64,000 nt of DNA from the NCBI RefSeq assembly GCF_001949145.1, contig NW_019091361.1, forward strand, positions 3,559,854-3,623,853, written 5' to 3'. The position numbers and the translations under genes were made by a program. Position 1 is the first letter of the stretch; every line of letters begins with the position of its first letter. The stretch is from Acanthaster planci. Lineage: Eukaryota. This document shows positions 34,131-49,500 of the stretch, piece by piece. Under the pieces are notes generated by a model. That model was not told the DNA's origin and ran no database searches. It saw nothing but the letters and a program-made list of their open reading frames with translations.

Positions 34131-37100
34131 AAAGCACTGTTCTTGGTTTCGAGTCAAATTACATGTAGATTAACAACTTCACTGACTTATTAACACAAAT
34201 ATCCTTGACACCGGTGACGTGAGCAGTCCTGGATCCTTCAGAGTTGTTGAAAATCTTCCATTCGACAACCAATGTATCTTCTGTAATTTTCAAAGGGCAT
34301 GATCACGTTCCATGTAAAGCAACCCTAAATCGGGTGTAGCTTTCTCCACCTTGAAAACTTCTCCAAAACATCAAGCGTTTTGAAAGATCTGGCAGGGTTG
34401 GGTTTATGAATTTTGAATAAAAATGAGTGATGAAGACTAGACATCCAAACCCAAGCCCCAAATGGTCAACTCCTCCCCCTAAAAAAAAAGGCAGTCCCCC
34501 CCCAAAAATGGGAAAATTCTCACCCAACAAGTACACATCACTTAGATTTTTGGCTGGTTTAAATGACTTTACACCATGTAAACCCAGTTTTTACCATTAC
34601 AATTTATTTGAGAAATGGAAACAAACAGTTGTATCCTCCATTTAGTGACACACACCACCATCACTTTCCCAGGATGAGTGGCGGACATCTCACCCTTTAG
34701 GAAAAACTTGTGCACGTATGCCTTATACAGATTCTGCCCAGTAGGTCTACTGACAGAACAAACATTTCCTCTGACAAATTTGGGAGACTGCCAACCCAGG
34801 ATCGAATTATAGACACTCTAAATATTCAAAAGACTGTTGGTAGAAGGCCATTAATTCAGGCGGCCAAAGATTAACATCCCGCTTCAGTAGATAATCTCTC
34901 TCTAATAACTAAAATCTAATTTAATACGATTGATTTCCTCCTGTTCATTAACAGCAGCTAGTGGAATCTTTTAAACTATTAGAATTTAAAATATGAATTA
35001 GGCATTTCCAAATGCTAATCTCTTAAAGAAGTGCATTACAGGCATTGGCTGTGCTCTTTTTCAGAAGCCACACACAACTTGTAAGCATGATCACATGCTA
35101 GTACCGTAGATCAATCTGGTAGAAAAGATTGGTCCATGTCAACTAGTGACTTCCATGTGTAGATGCAACAAATATCATTAACCTCGTTTAGGAGACATTC
35201 ACCACCAATTAACTAACCTATATAAACTTCATTCAAGACAAAACATACATATCGGTATCTCCGTCAATATTTGAAGAGGCCGACTGACAGTACTAAAGGA
35301 GTCAAAATTGTTCTTCAAATTTAGATAATAAAGCTGTTTCGGACATTGGTAAATGTCTACAAATGATCCTGTGACCTGCAGTAATAGTGGAAGATGTAGG
35401 CATTTGAAATGATCTGTCCAAACATCTAGATTGTAAACTTACAACCAATTTCTCACCAACCAACTCACAAAATTTACAGTGCATGTAAATTGATGCAATG
35501 CGCCACATAAGTACCAGTACGTGTAAAATAAATACATGTACCTGGTAACTTGCTCCTGCATTGCTTCTGCTCACAAAAGTCTGTTTTAGTAAAGAGAAAA
35601 TTTCAAATTAAAAAAAAAAGGGAATGGCTGAAAGAATTGTGGGCTTGGAAACTCAAAGACAACTTGCAGCTACATGTACATGTATGAAACTGAATTAAGA
35701 TTCTTCATAACCTGGCAGTACAAGTGTGTCAGTCCTTATTACCCGAGTTGTAAATGCCTGGCTTGTCCAGCAGAAAATGGAAGTGATATCTTTTTTCTGT
35801 GTTCCCTAAACTCAATTGACTTCATTATGCCTCGTGAGGGGAAACCATGGAGGCAAACGCCCCTCCATCTTCAGAGCTCATTTTTTAAAATTCTCATAAA
35901 TAGCATGCCTGATTTTTTCCTAAATAAAAAGTTAAATGTACTCCTGCATTCTTTAATATATATCTCCTCCTAAACTGTAATTCCCACTTTCAAACTTAAA
36001 GGGCTGTTGTGTTCCTGTATAGTCTAAGCTTTCTCATCAACAAGCCAAGTGCCAACACTGATACTGATGTTTACTCAATTTATTAATGCAGCTATGCCAC
36101 TAAACTGTTTCAGTCATTCACCAGAATTGATGGAAGTTTTCATGGTGTGCTCAAGAATTCACTTGTGAACTTTTTTTGGGGGGGGTGGGAGGAGAGCCAA
36201 ATGACCATTATCACAGACATTAATCCAAATGTGGCCTGGTGTGCAGATAGATGGTGCTTTCAGTTGTGAACACAGACAGCAAGGCCAGTTCCTGGAGTGT
36301 CATTAGTGTTTATCTAATCAGGCATCAACACCGTCTGGAATGGGAAAACCTTGTTCAATGCCCATGATAACCATTTTGCCTTGGTGATCAGAAAGCTTTT
36401 GGCATGCCCACGGGCGAAAGAAATCAGGATGGCAATAATCCAAGGCAGCAGGAAGATAGGGTCTGGGTGGCACTGGCTCGTTAAGATGGGTAATTCTTTC
36501 AGGGAACTGGTCTAGTGTACATGTATTTCTGGATCAAGGATAGTCTCCAATAGTCTGCTTCCAAGCAAACCTGACAAACCCAAATTTCGCTTTAGACTGG
36601 AGATTAATCATGTAGATTAATGCTGGATTTAAAACTAAGAATTTATTGACCTTGAGCAATTCATTCTGCAGGAAGGATTTTCCATGTAAGCATCAACCCT
36701 CTATGTAACTAAAAAGCATGCCAAGAGCATGCTTTGCTATTCAGAGAATACAAGTATATGTACATCACAAATGTATTCAATATCACAACATCAAGTGATC
36801 ACCATTCCAGAGATGTAGGGTTGTGGGTACACCATGGAATCAATCTCTTTTGGAAGAGGTGTGATTCTTGGAAGAACTGGTGAGTGTTAACTCATTCTGA
36901 GCCAATTGCAAAATCCATCACACTTCAATCACGACAAAAGCACAAGGTATCCAGTCTTAAGTCAAATCATATTAAGCTACCAACCTGTGACAATGATGGA
37001 GTTCCTTTATTGTTAATCACACCCCTGTTGCCTCAAACCTTGTTGTCTGGTTCATGAAGTGGCTTATGTGTCGTGATACGCTACTGATTCAAAACACAGC

Positions 37101-37330
37101 TTTGTCAAGAGTGTTAGAGGGGATGTGCATTATTCAGAACCTCATTGCTTTAGAGCTGTTTCATGGGGTCTATCTCTTCGGCACCATTTCCCTTGTATTT
37201 TAACGATGCAGTGATGCAGAAAGACACTCCTTGAAGCTGAAAAACACTGCTTTCTCCTTTGTGACCCTAAAGTGGCATTACTTCATCAGTCTCTGAGAGG
37301 GTTAGCCCTAGTAAAATCACTGGATCAGGA

Positions 37331-37402
37331 GCAACAGGTTACACCTCCCTGATACTCTCATAATGCAACAGGTTACACCTCCCTGGTACTCTCATAATGC
37401 AA
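37331..37402. repeat. Tandem duplication, 2 x 34 bp
   Basis: gcaacaggttacacctccctg(a/g)tactctcataat twice. Confidence 0.9.
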
Positions 37403-37770
37403 TATCTAAATGCTATGGTTAGGGCAATGTACATTGCACACAGCCAGTCTGTATAATGTTTTGAGTTCCCTGGTGTTAACGAAGTGCTGGGGTGGCTTGC
37501 TGATGCGTGCAAGTTCAAGCCCAAACTGGTTGTTCAGTGGTTTTGCAATTTTTTTTTTTTTCATTTTTGTTAAAAATCAAATCCAATGTTTACTTTCCAT
37601 ATATATTTTTTCTTTTTATTTGGTAGATTCATACCCATGGAGGATGTTTATTTATGGAAATAAAGTCTGAGATCCATTCTTCAAAGAATGGTCTGGTTCC
37701 TGGTCTTAATGTGGCAGATACAAGTACAGTGTAGGTGGAACAGAAGAACACAGCAACCAATCAAAAGTAT

Positions 37771-37912
37771 NNNNNNNNNNNNNNNNNNNNNNNNNNNNNN
37801 NNNNNNNNNNNNNNNNNNNNNNNNNNNNNNNNNNNNNNNNNNNNNNNNNNNNNNNNNNNNNNNNNNNNNNNNNNNNNNNNNNNNNNNNNNNNNNNNNNNN
37901 NNNNNNNNNNNN
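37771..37912. other. Assembly gap (N run)
   Basis: Run of n. Confidence 1.
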
Positions 37913-40900
37913 TGACCAACACAAAGCAGGAGGGGTTCTCTCCGTCTCATACCTTGTTACATATGATCAAAAGTCCACAGAAAATACTACCCAGCAAATT
38001 TACGTATGAAACAAAACTCAGCAGCATCAGAAAACCAGCAGCAATACAGTATATTAATAACAGTTATAAATATATCAAAGCATTTACATGCATACACGGC
38101 ACACAGTATCTCACAAATCAGTACTTAAAATTGTACCAATATTGTTATCCCTGCAAACTGGGCCCACAACATCCTCTACGCAACATCTGAACATTCCTGA
38201 ATCCATTTCAGCTCCCTGGGCCAGTTGGGAGTATACTGGCCCAGCTGGATGCTTTATCAGGCGAAAAGGGCTATTGCAGGTATGATTAATAATCATATTT
38301 GTCTTCAGAGGTACCCATTTACTGCTTGGTGGAGGCATGTATGCACTTTGTTTCAGGAACATTTTTTTCCATGCATAGACAAACTTATGCAGTCAATCAA
38401 CGGCCCTATCAAAGTAACCCTGCAGAGTTGGGGTGGTAGAAACATAGCAGGGATGGCTATAAGAACCTGCCAATCATGCTTTTTGACATCAGGCCCAAAG
38501 CACTTTCAGAACAGAGGCATGAACAAATCAGGCAGAAATTATACAGCACAGGGAGGAATGCAGATGTGTGTTATCAGCCATGCAGTTAGGTCCCACCTAC
38601 TAGGTATGTCTATAATGTGAATGCATTGTTCTGACAGCAAAGTGGACTAACAGTGACACTACACAATGTATTGCATATACCCTTCCATGATATCCTACAA
38701 AATGGCCCCCCTCTTAACAGAATAGCAAGAAACACATTCCAGCACTGGACAGGTCCCCAGCAATTCAGCTAAGTCCTCTTTTCAACTGGTCCTTCAACAG
38801 CACTTTCAGCTAAGTGAACTCTTGTTTGTGTGGTAGTCTTCTCCGTTGTGCCTCCATCATTTAAGAAGACGACAGTGTGCAACTAAAAGAGAACTATCTA
38901 TGGCATCTCATTGGTTGGACTACAGAGCAAGGACCAGATGGTTGGACCTGGACTGGGCTGAAGTGAGTCCTGAGGGGCAAAATGGGGAGGGGGGGGAATC
39001 ACAGTGGGGTTACAACTGGGACATAATGGTCCAATTTCAAACACATCCCATGCACGGGGGGGCCAAGCACAGTCTGCATTGAGTATGCATTTGAATGCCT
39101 ACAGCTCTTTTTGTAAAATTCTGCTTCAGTTACTGGTAGTAATATTGTCTTCCAGATACTGGGTACACTTTAAATCCAAATGGTACCATAGAGTGTTTTA
39201 CTAGAGGTGAACATCTTACCAAAACATTGTGAAGTGCTCACTGATATTATAAGCACTAAATGTCCCTTTGCAATGTACACTAGACACAACATACTTTCAC
39301 TGGCTGATGGAGTTGTACAAACTTAAATTTTTAGGCATGTAAAATTTAATTTGAGAGAGGTTGCTAAGCCTTTAAGTTGTATCGTAAACCATACTTTTAG
39401 AAACTCTACATTTGGAAATTTACCTCAAGATCTGGAACTTGTGAAGGAATTTACTTAAGAAATGCTATTCACTAAAAGATTGCTGATGAAATATGTATCA
39501 TAAATTAAAACAAAACATGGTTCAGTATGAAATCTCAAGTAATGACGCAAGAACTGTAGCCATCTGTTAGTTAGCTTGGAGCAATCACCAAGACTCTCCC
39601 TTTTCTAAAACAAATGCAACCAATGAAATGTTCTAATTTCTGTCCATCAATTGATTTCCACTCGTCCCCACTAGCATCAGATCACAGTTACTTCAACACA
39701 CAATCAAGTTTACCCTGCTCGACATTTTTCTAGCATCCTGAATTAAAACCTCTGAAAAGGATCACCACAATGTAAGTTACCGTATTTTCTGTTCTAAACT
39801 ACCTCATCATATGACCTTCTTTAGGCCATATAGGGATGCACATTCATCATCCATATGAATACTCAAATTGGAAGCCAATAAATGCTCAATTAAAACAAAC
39901 GTGGATGATGGTAATGTTTACTGAGCTGAAAAAAAAAGGTTGCCCGAACCCCTTTCATGACACATGGACACCATGATGATACAGGGCGCACACATACTCA
40001 GACTCACAAGTTGCAGTCACTGATCCAGGAGATTGTTCATTAATTCCATACCAGTAGCTTCATCAGTGACACCCTGCTAAAGTTCAACACCTGTTGTAGT
40101 AAAGACAGGCTTGGACAGTCCAATTAGATTCCCTCCCCCGCTCAAGGACCTTTCTTAGTTGGAGCATGTGTTCCTAGCTCTATTGTTGGACAGATTGGTG
40201 AAACCTATCAGATTCCGTCAAATTCTTGGAACCGTTTGTTTGCGTGCGTACAGCTGAAGAGCATGCAAGGCTACAGAATGCCTTGAACTACGGGTACAAG
40301 TAGCGACTAAAATTCTCCTCGTGAATCTGGCAGCTAGGCCTATTTATTTTGAATAACTGATCAACAATTCATCAATCAAATACATGGAGGTGAGTGACAT
40401 GTAGTTACATGCACACTAGTGGACATGGTCCTGATCAGGTTGCGACAAACCTGGGGTTTCAAGTTTTGAACTTTTGCACTGTTTCTGCATTTAGATTTTT
40501 GTTTTCATATTCTGAAAGCACGTGAGGAAATGGCAAATGAAAGCACGGCCGTGTACCTGCCTGAAGTACGTGTATCAATTATGATCAATGAAGTTTGTCC
40601 TGTTCTGTGCCTTGCACAAACCTGTTTTTGACTTGTTCAGCTGTCAATGATAAAACTGATTGCAAAGGTCATTAAGGGGTGCTTTAACTTAGGGTCTGCA
40701 TTATATATTTTGCTGGGATGCCTGAGTAAAAAGGGCTTGTATATAAGAATTTTCTTAGCATTGGGCTTCGGGAAAAATGACAGGGTACATCAAGCAATCC
40801 AGCTTTGCAAACTTCCTCAATCTCTCCCAGTTCCCAGTATTTCAGAGAGGGTTCTTATGATCATTGCCTTGTGCACATGATGTATGTCACAATGCATACC

Positions 40901-43900
40901 ACACTTTTCTGCATACTAGAGGCACAGATTATCAGAAGATGTCGCAACCCAAACCCACATGGAGACAATGTGGTCAAGTGTGGGCTTAACTTTCTCTGTA
41001 CGTGGGTGGCACAATCGTGCATAGTGTCTGTTAAGGTATTCCAGGTTATTCATTCCAGTGGTTGAATCAATGGTACATGTACATTATGTAGCAGCCTAAA
41101 TGTACGTTTCTTGACAGTACTAGTACCTATACTGGCTCACAAAATGTATAACTTTCGATTGGACAATTTAAAATTACCGGTACATGTATCTCCCATTCCT
41201 TAGACCTTGTATGTTCCACGTGGCCTCAAGACAATCAAATAAGTCTCTTTCAGTTCTACAGTACCCTGTACTTCCTACTATTGCATGTCAACCACTTGGA
41301 CATCAGTGTTATGTGACTGCCATCCAATTACATGTGCATGTCCATCTGATGAGTTCCTTCCTGTGTGCACAGGAGATTGCTTGTTTATTCAAACTAAACT
41401 TGAGGGACGGTATTAGATACTTGTCTCTCGGGCTCAAATCAAACTCAACTGTTTTCTTACTTCCTTCCAAATAACTTAGTTTTTACATATGTTTCTAATC
41501 AAACGCTTCTTCTGGCTAGAGTGGTGATTCAAGAGCCTCTAACTATATTAAATTTTTTCATTTTATTAAAGGGCCCCTCTTTCCTGGCAATTTGGTCAAT
41601 CTGTGAAACTATCAGATCTTTGGACAGATCTGTACAACATTCAAGTATATATTTATCTATTAACTAAATGATCTGTACGTGAATTATAATGATGTACAAA
41701 ATGAACATGAATCAGGATTCAAAACCAACAGGTTTCCAACCAGGAATTTGTGCAATTTTAAACCTGTTTAACCTTCCATTTTTTTTTTACTTTATATTTA
41801 AACTCAGGTCATTAGACAATGCGTCACTCAGGAGTCATGCAGTGTCAGCACAGGGCCCATCCAAGCAGCCTTTTTATTCAAAGGCTACCCGGGTATACCG
41901 GACAGCAGACAGTGGCAGAATGCAGAAAATAGAGAATTTACAAGCACAATTACCCCAGGCCACTAACAGAATTAGCAAATCAGACTGGAGGAAATAGATA
42001 GTAAATGCAAAACCTGGGTAGTAAGACTTAATGCAATTTACGCACGAAATGCTGTATTATTCCCAAATTTGCAGTTCATGGGTGAATCCTGGCACATTTG
42101 AACTACAGTATATAGCAAGAGGTGTTTACCACATCTTTGACACACATCCACTCAACTGGCATTCCCTAAAGGACAGAGAACTTCCTTTGAAATTACCAAC
42201 TGGAAGATGTTTTTCCTGTAGTACACCTTGAAAGAATCGACCATTGACAAAAATTCAGCAACTTGCCTGAGGTGTAATGTAATTTAACAATGTCTGAAAA
42301 TATATTCCCAACGGACCACTTGAGCAGGACCATGCTGCAACCTACCAAAATGAGACTAAGTCTCCAGAGTTACATGTACCAGTACACAAGTTTTAGGGCC
42401 TTTCGTTCAACAAAGCTAGTGAGAAGGATTATCCAACTCTTTACATCTCTCTTAGTAAACTCTTTTTCATGTACTGGTATTTTGTCAAAACTCATCTGGA
42501 CAGTAACTGTACTGCATATATTGGCATCGGTACATCAAAATGAAGAGCTGCATAAATTCCCTACAAATATGTCCAGAAGAGTGAAAGCAAATCCTTACGC
42601 CTCATTTTGTACGAGCCAGTCAAATATCTTGGAAAAAATTTGACGCGGGCAGTCCCATTTGAATGGACTGCAAACCATCCACAAATAACGCAGTTGCCTG
42701 TTACAACACTTTTTTTACTCTTCCATACAATATGACAACACCTCCATCTTTATTCAAAAAACATTGTCACTTTTGGCTCCTAACCAATATTACAAACAGA
42801 ATTGAGTGTTTATTTATTTAAGGCAGATATCAGTCAGGAAAATTCAGCCACATGGGCGCTAGTATTCAAGGCAAGTATAATTGTTCAATCGACTGTCAGT
42901 GTCAGCAGGAAGACAGCAACGGAGAAATGTGGAGGCAGTGGTGTAATTATAATTGCACAAAAGGATGTCCAAAGGTTACCACAACACACTGTCAAAATTC
43001 CTTTGAGTGTGCCTGTATCAAATTCGGTCAGAAGTTATTACAATGGTGGAGTCTCAAGGATCAACAAAAAAACAGAAGTGCACAACTGCTGGGGCCACAC
43101 GTGTGCAATCCTACAAACCTGCTTGCATGAAGACAGAGCAAGGAACAAAATACTGTCCTGATATTTTCCAAAAATATTTCCACCGCTGTGCAACTGCCCA
43201 CAACACATTCACACAGGTTGAAGCAACCTGCTGCCAATCTAAATTGACCATATAACATGCAGGATGAGGCAAAGTACCAAGGAGAATTCTTCCACTGGGA
43301 GGATTTCAGTGATGTATTACATATAAGTCCTCTTGGTGTGGTGGCCTTGGGTCTGACAACCCGTCCATCAATTATGATCTATTTAATTAACAAGAGATAA
43401 TCAGGGCACAAGTCCAGTTATCAAGGTAAGCCAGGGAAACATTCCAGGCATGCATCCTCAGTTTGCCCAGAGCAAACATGATTCTTCAATCAATCAAGGA
43501 CAAAGGTACATTGTACAGAAAACAGGTTCTTGCACGAATGGTGCAGGGAGTCTATTCAATGATTCACCAAATCCGTACTACATCCTTTTTAACCTGGGTC
43601 TGGCAAAATATATCATGTAATAATGAGCCATGATGTTTGCTGAGTAAATAGTGGTGGTATGAAGTATGCAGCGAGGTTTTTGTGCACTTACCACACACTA
43701 CGTTTAACCTGTCTGAAAGGCTTGGACCATTTGGTTAATTACGGTAACTACCAATAAAATCTACTCCCAATACATTCATGTACAATTCTAGAGCACATTC
43801 CTCCTCAATACATAATATCTCTTGGAATGTCTTTTTCACTTTTAACAGTTTTAAAAAAATATGACCCAATCATACCAGCTGCATGTACATGTATGATTAA

Positions 43901-46131
43901 ACAGACAAAATGCAGCTGGACAATTGACAATCTCACCCACAAAAACAGCAGGCTTTGGAGCACACACAGCACATAAAGTGGGGGAAAACAATTATACTGG
44001 TACCTTTGAAATCAAAATAAAGTGGATGGTGCGCATTTTAATATTTCACGTTTCAAAATGCATTTTCCAACCTGCCAAAGACTTTTCAAGTGCCAGGTAC
44101 AGTCTCCTTGAAATTTGCAATGAAATAGCTTTTTTACTGTAGTGTAATAAATTCATGATTTGTGTCTCAGCGCAATATAATTGCGATTGATGATTCAGCA
44201 AACTAAATTTGCGATGTGTGTTTTTTTTTGCGCAATACAAATTGCAATTGATACAATAATGTAAAAACACATGGCATCATCAAAGACTTGCAGTCCCAGC
44301 CGTTTTTCTGGAGCACTGGAAACTATCTATACATGTACGTCTAGATCTGGAATGTAGTACTGTACATGTACACTATTTCAGTTCATTCCTGCACTCCAAC
44401 CTGATCAAAAAAGTTGAGGGGTGCTGCATTACCAACAGCAACCCCCTTCCCTTTTCTGTCAGACTTGATGATGCAGGCACTGTAATGCACTGGAAATGGG
44501 GGAGGGGGGCAATTAAGTAAAGATCATTAAAGTGTTTCCCTTTTTGCTGTCCTGGGAAAACCCACAATGCCTTGGGAGATAGATCCTTTTCTGGTATGGG
44601 CCTATGTCTTTGTTGGAACTAACTCCATTAGCTATTCACACCAACTCCTCTATCACTGAATTCAATTTAAGTTTGTCTTAAAACCACTTATTTGAGGGTA
44701 TCATTTCTGGTGAATTTTTCTTCGGTTTAACTGTGTACTGTGGAATGAACATCACTCTTTGGTGGACACTGGGGCATTATAATATTCTTTATTATAGTTA
44801 GCGGTACTAAGGTGCTAGTTTATTATTGACAAAGAAATTGTCCTTCCTAAAGCCAGCCTCACAACCATGCCTCACAAATGCATGAAAAGCTGATGAATTG
44901 AACTAAAGTAGGGAGCACATTAACACCCACTTTACAAATGTTAGCACAGTGACATACAAATTATCTCTGTCAAACATTCTTGAAGGACTTTTGAGTTGTT
45001 ATTAAAGTACAAATAAATAACAACGATGATCTGTAGGGCACCTGGATTGACCCAGTCTATATATATACATGGAAAATGGAGAACAGCTGATTAACAGCCG
45101 ATATTTCCCAACTGGGTCCCAATAGGGCATTCAGCGAAGCAGCATTTTGGGCAAAGGTTCCTACCGACACGAGAGCCAATGAATGATCTGCTCCAAAATC
45201 ACACACCAGGCTCCCAGGTGGGCTTAAATACAAACACACTGATTCCCTTGCAGGGACTGCTTTACTGAAATACACTGCAGTCCAATGACTTCGATCCCAA
45301 TGCTCCTCTTTTAGAGAGAAAACTTAGGGAAACTTTATTATCCCACTCAGGACCAGGTTATGCCTTTTGGCCAATTGGAATTGCGATGTATAATGGGAAA
45401 GGTATTTTAATTGCAGTGGGCTAACCCAAGGCGGTGCAAGATCTTTTTGTTATTGTGAGAAGTTGGACATTTACACCTGATATAAGAAAACCCGTTCTGA
45501 ATTAGACGCCTGGAAAAGCTTGCAAAAAGGAACGTACCACAGGCCAACAATACCCTGCAACTGCTCCTTTTTGTTTGGTTGAATAGAGCTAAGCAGTTGC
45601 AAAGTGTGTGGACATTAAGGCGTCTCAAAGAAAACCGAACCACATTCCTATTTTTTTTCCTCAAAGTTGCCTCAGTCCAGGTCTACCAGGACACTGAATT
45701 ATTATGTTGGGCAGATGTATTAAACAAGTTGCCTTCCCCCAAACAATGATGATTCGCAAAAGCTCAATAGAATTGCCATTGCAAAAAAATAAAAGAATAA
45801 TAAAATGAAAAGCTGACAAGCCCCATGTGGTGAGAATGAAAGGGGTGCTTGGAATACCAGTCTGAAGAATGGTGGTCACTTTAACTAACACAACCAGAAG
45901 GTTTCACATTTGTATGTTAATATACAATATCACAGTGCATGGTTACTTCTCGGCTGTGTAAATGGACCCTCATACGTTTTATTAGTGGCATGAACTGCAG
46001 TATGCAAACTGCAAATAGACAGGTTTACCCATAATGTACATGTACTTTGTGAAGCATCATACTAATTGATATCATTTACATCAATGTTGTACATGTATCT
46101 GAAATCACGGCATTCTTTTAGAGTCATAAAA

Positions 46132-46553
46132 TGTGACCCGTCACGACAAAATGAGCGTAAAGTTGCATTCCGCTCTTTCCTATTTTGAAGTTTCAAAATC
46201 ATATTGAAGTGGAGGTTAATTTGAGGATTTTGTAATATTTGGAAAGACTAACCCGTCTCCTATATCCGTCTCCTATTTAATTCCAAATATTTCGAAGGAT
46301 CATAGAGTTAAAAATGTCATTTTCACAGCAGTTTTGACAATAGCATTATGCATGCCTGGTCTGAAATGTTGAAACAATGTCATGAACAAAGACGCAAAGC
46401 AGCCAGAATTATGTCACATTGTCACCTGATACTTTTACCAAGTGTTCCATGTACAAGCCACTGAAGAGCTCTTTTTCTGCTGAACTCAAAAATACCAATA
46501 TCTCAATTTTTAAAAATTCCAACTTTCAGCTCGTTTTGTGGTGACAGGTCACA
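46132..46553. mobile_element. Non-autonomous DNA transposon with ~33-bp TIRs
   Basis: tgtgacccgtcacgacaaaatgagcgtaaagtt versus reverse complement tgtgacctgtcaccacaaaacgagctgaaagtt. Confidence 0.75.
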
Positions 46554-49500
46554 AATGTTCTTGAACAACCTGTGGGATATTATAACAGTTGTTGCCCTAC
46601 TCATTTACAGAGTGATGCAACAAAAACAGTTTCAACAACGTGGACAAAACTAATAGCACAACTGTGTGATAAAATCACACACAAGTAGCTGTCATAAAAT
46701 AATACAAATTAACATTACCATTGATAAAGGTTAAAAATCTTGAATAACATGAAAAAAGTGTATTTAGTCAGGCAAATTGAAATTAAACAAACACAAACGT
46801 CAGTCTGGCATTGTTTCCAAATGGTCTGCAAAGAAACTAAACTAACACTGGCTATCGTATTGATTTCTTTGCTTCAGGAAACTCTTACTCAAATTCAGGC
46901 ACTATACATGCAGGGGTGCTCCTACACCCTTCCCTGGGGGATTCCCAGTGCAGCTCAGCTGGCTATGGGTCACTGTACATGGTGCATTGAGAACATTGAG
47001 GGTGTGGTGCAAAGAGCTAGACTGTTTGGATAGCCTACTTTTTTCCTGATGGTGGGCTAAAATAATACCTTGGGAATGTACATCTGTTTTTCATAAATTC
47101 TTTTGACAACATTTGGCTTTCTCTTTGAAAAAAGTGCAGATACACTGTATAGTTCCTCAGAAAACCTGATGAATGCTATGAAAACTAAAAGGCAGAGGTT
47201 TGATTTTGTCACAAGCCAAGGAAAAGAAGTTGTGTGAAAGCCAACTCTTTCGATCTCTGACTGCTGCAGGGTCAGATTTGGGTTGTTTGGCAGCTGCCTG
47301 AAAATGCATTCATATGAGCCTTAAGCACAAGCCATATCGTCCTTTGAAATGCAGCCACATGGCTGGGTAAAGATGATTAGCCCCTCAGTAAATAAATAAA
47401 AATTAAAGGATTATGCAAAATAGTCTCATTTATCTTATTTGTACATACAGGGTACGTACAAATGTATGTTGCACAGCCTTGAATGATGCAAGGACCTCAC
47501 AGTAGCTGAAGTTTGCTTGGTAGTCATTCCATTTTCTTCAACAACACTGAATCGAAGAATAAAACCTGGGAGACACATGGTATTTGTTTTCTCACAGCTG
47601 CAGTTTCTTCAAATGTGAGCAATGCATTTCTACAATAACAGCAGAGGAAAATTAACGTAAAGTTTACAGCAAACACAGCTCAAAGCGGTGACATGATTAA
47701 ACATCAAGCTTATCGAATTCATGAACAAAAGAAAAATTCACTGTCTACACAGCATGACAGTATTGATACACATTACAGCCTGGCCACCCATAACTCCCCC
47801 TCCCCTCACAGTTGAGAGTAAAGTCACAGGCCTGTGACATGAGTGGCCCCCCCTAGCTTAATCCAACACGTTTCTGATCATCAGTGTTCCCCGTTGAGCA
47901 AAAAAAGCAGCTGGAGTATGCAACAGAGTGTCTATTTAAGTAAGGTCCCCAGATTTCCTGAAGACTCAAAGGGATCTTCACCCAGAAGGCTTGTACCTTC
48001 TCATGGTCTATTAACGTGACCACCTGTAACACACCAAGCAAAAAAGCAATCCTCCCCTGACAAAAGAAAGTGAACAGATGCATGCAGAATCTGCCATTAA
48101 AACTTTGGTGTTGACAGCTGTTCCTGACATCCACATCAGGGAAACAAATTTTTTCAATAAGTTTTTCTCTCCCTGGAAAAAAAGCCATTTCCTCAATCCT
48201 TGGTCTAACAAGGATTGTAAATTGCCCCTCGGCACTAAGGTATGAATTTTTTCTTTCTCACAAATGACTAAGAAATCTTCAATTTTTGCAATTAGCATTC
48301 TCAAAATGGGAAGTGTTCACCTTCCCAATTTTACCTTGGACTATCCATGAAAAAACTATGGCCTGGAGACTTTAAAAACCATGACATGGCTACATGATGA
48401 ACAACCAACTTGGCAACAATCCACTCCATTATTAGTAACGAATCATTTATAAAATCAGTCAAGACAGACTAATAGCAGGGAACAGGGGACCTTGGCAGCG
48501 TACAATTCTCCAGCAAGCAATCTGATTTCAGAATGATTAAGGTATAATGGAGAAATCAGGGACAAAGCTAATGATAACATCTACTGCTGCAGTGACTTAA
48601 ATTGTGCTATGTGAATTGATTTTTGTACGGACAAAATTGAGATCTTGTTTGTGCAGTCGACTGGAATTAATCTGATCCCACACTGATCAAGGTGGCATAA
48701 CTAGCCTGCTTTGCTCATTTTTTTTTTTCAGTCAAGTGTGAGCAAAGGGAAAAAAAGCAGACTGCTACTTAGTCGTAGACAAACAGGAAGATTGAGAGCA
48801 CGGTACATGTATGTACATGTATAATGGGTGAGAATTGGCCTTTCTGTACCACAAAGATTCAGGTTGTAGTACAGTGGTTTCAAAATAAGCAGATCTTGAA
48901 AACTGACACCAAGTACAATCACCGGATGCTATACTTCTCTCAAACTTGACTGGACAAGATAGTGTTCATCATCAGCAGCTGGATGCAGACAAAAACTTAT
49001 GATTCATCTGTCCTAACCTCCATATGACCCAAGCGCGGATTACAAGAACAGCTGTAGCACTTCAAAATGAAGAAGAGTCACCTCTTGTCTTACCCCTCCC
49101 CTCCCTCACAATGCAGACGGTGACAAATCCTTGGGCCAGGAAGGTTCAAGGCACCAATCTTGCCAAGTGTGTGCCAAACTTGTTCATGGGGACACGTGTA
49201 TTGATCATCCTCTTCAAAAGCTCATAGAAAATCTGTAAATTTACGTGAATGATTTGATGTGTAGTCTTCCCTTTGCGACTCCTTAATTAATTTCATACAA
49301 AGAGAATAAAAGAAATGGAACGTGCTAAGAATTTCGTCTTTGATGTGCCAGGGTAGGGCATTACATATTACAGAGTTAACGGACAACCCAAATGCCTCAG
49401 AATCTGAGATCTTCACTCTGCACACAAGATTAAACCAGAAAGTCACTCACCAAGCCCTCTCAGTCCTAAAAACATCATCCAGAAGGGAATACAAAATGCT

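Noticed and set aside
37331..37402. 34-bp direct repeats of CRISPR-like length
   Set aside because: Two adjacent copies with no spacer, in eukaryotic DNA with no cas genes.
42802..43258. Overlapping Cys-rich ORFs
   Set aside because: No recognisable domain spacing or exon boundaries.
48024..48083. Candidate ADAMTSL signal-peptide exon MHLFTFFCQGRIAFLLGVLQ (minus strand, phase 0)
   Set aside because: Weak donor (GTGGTC) and a mediocre hydrophobic core; could be chance.
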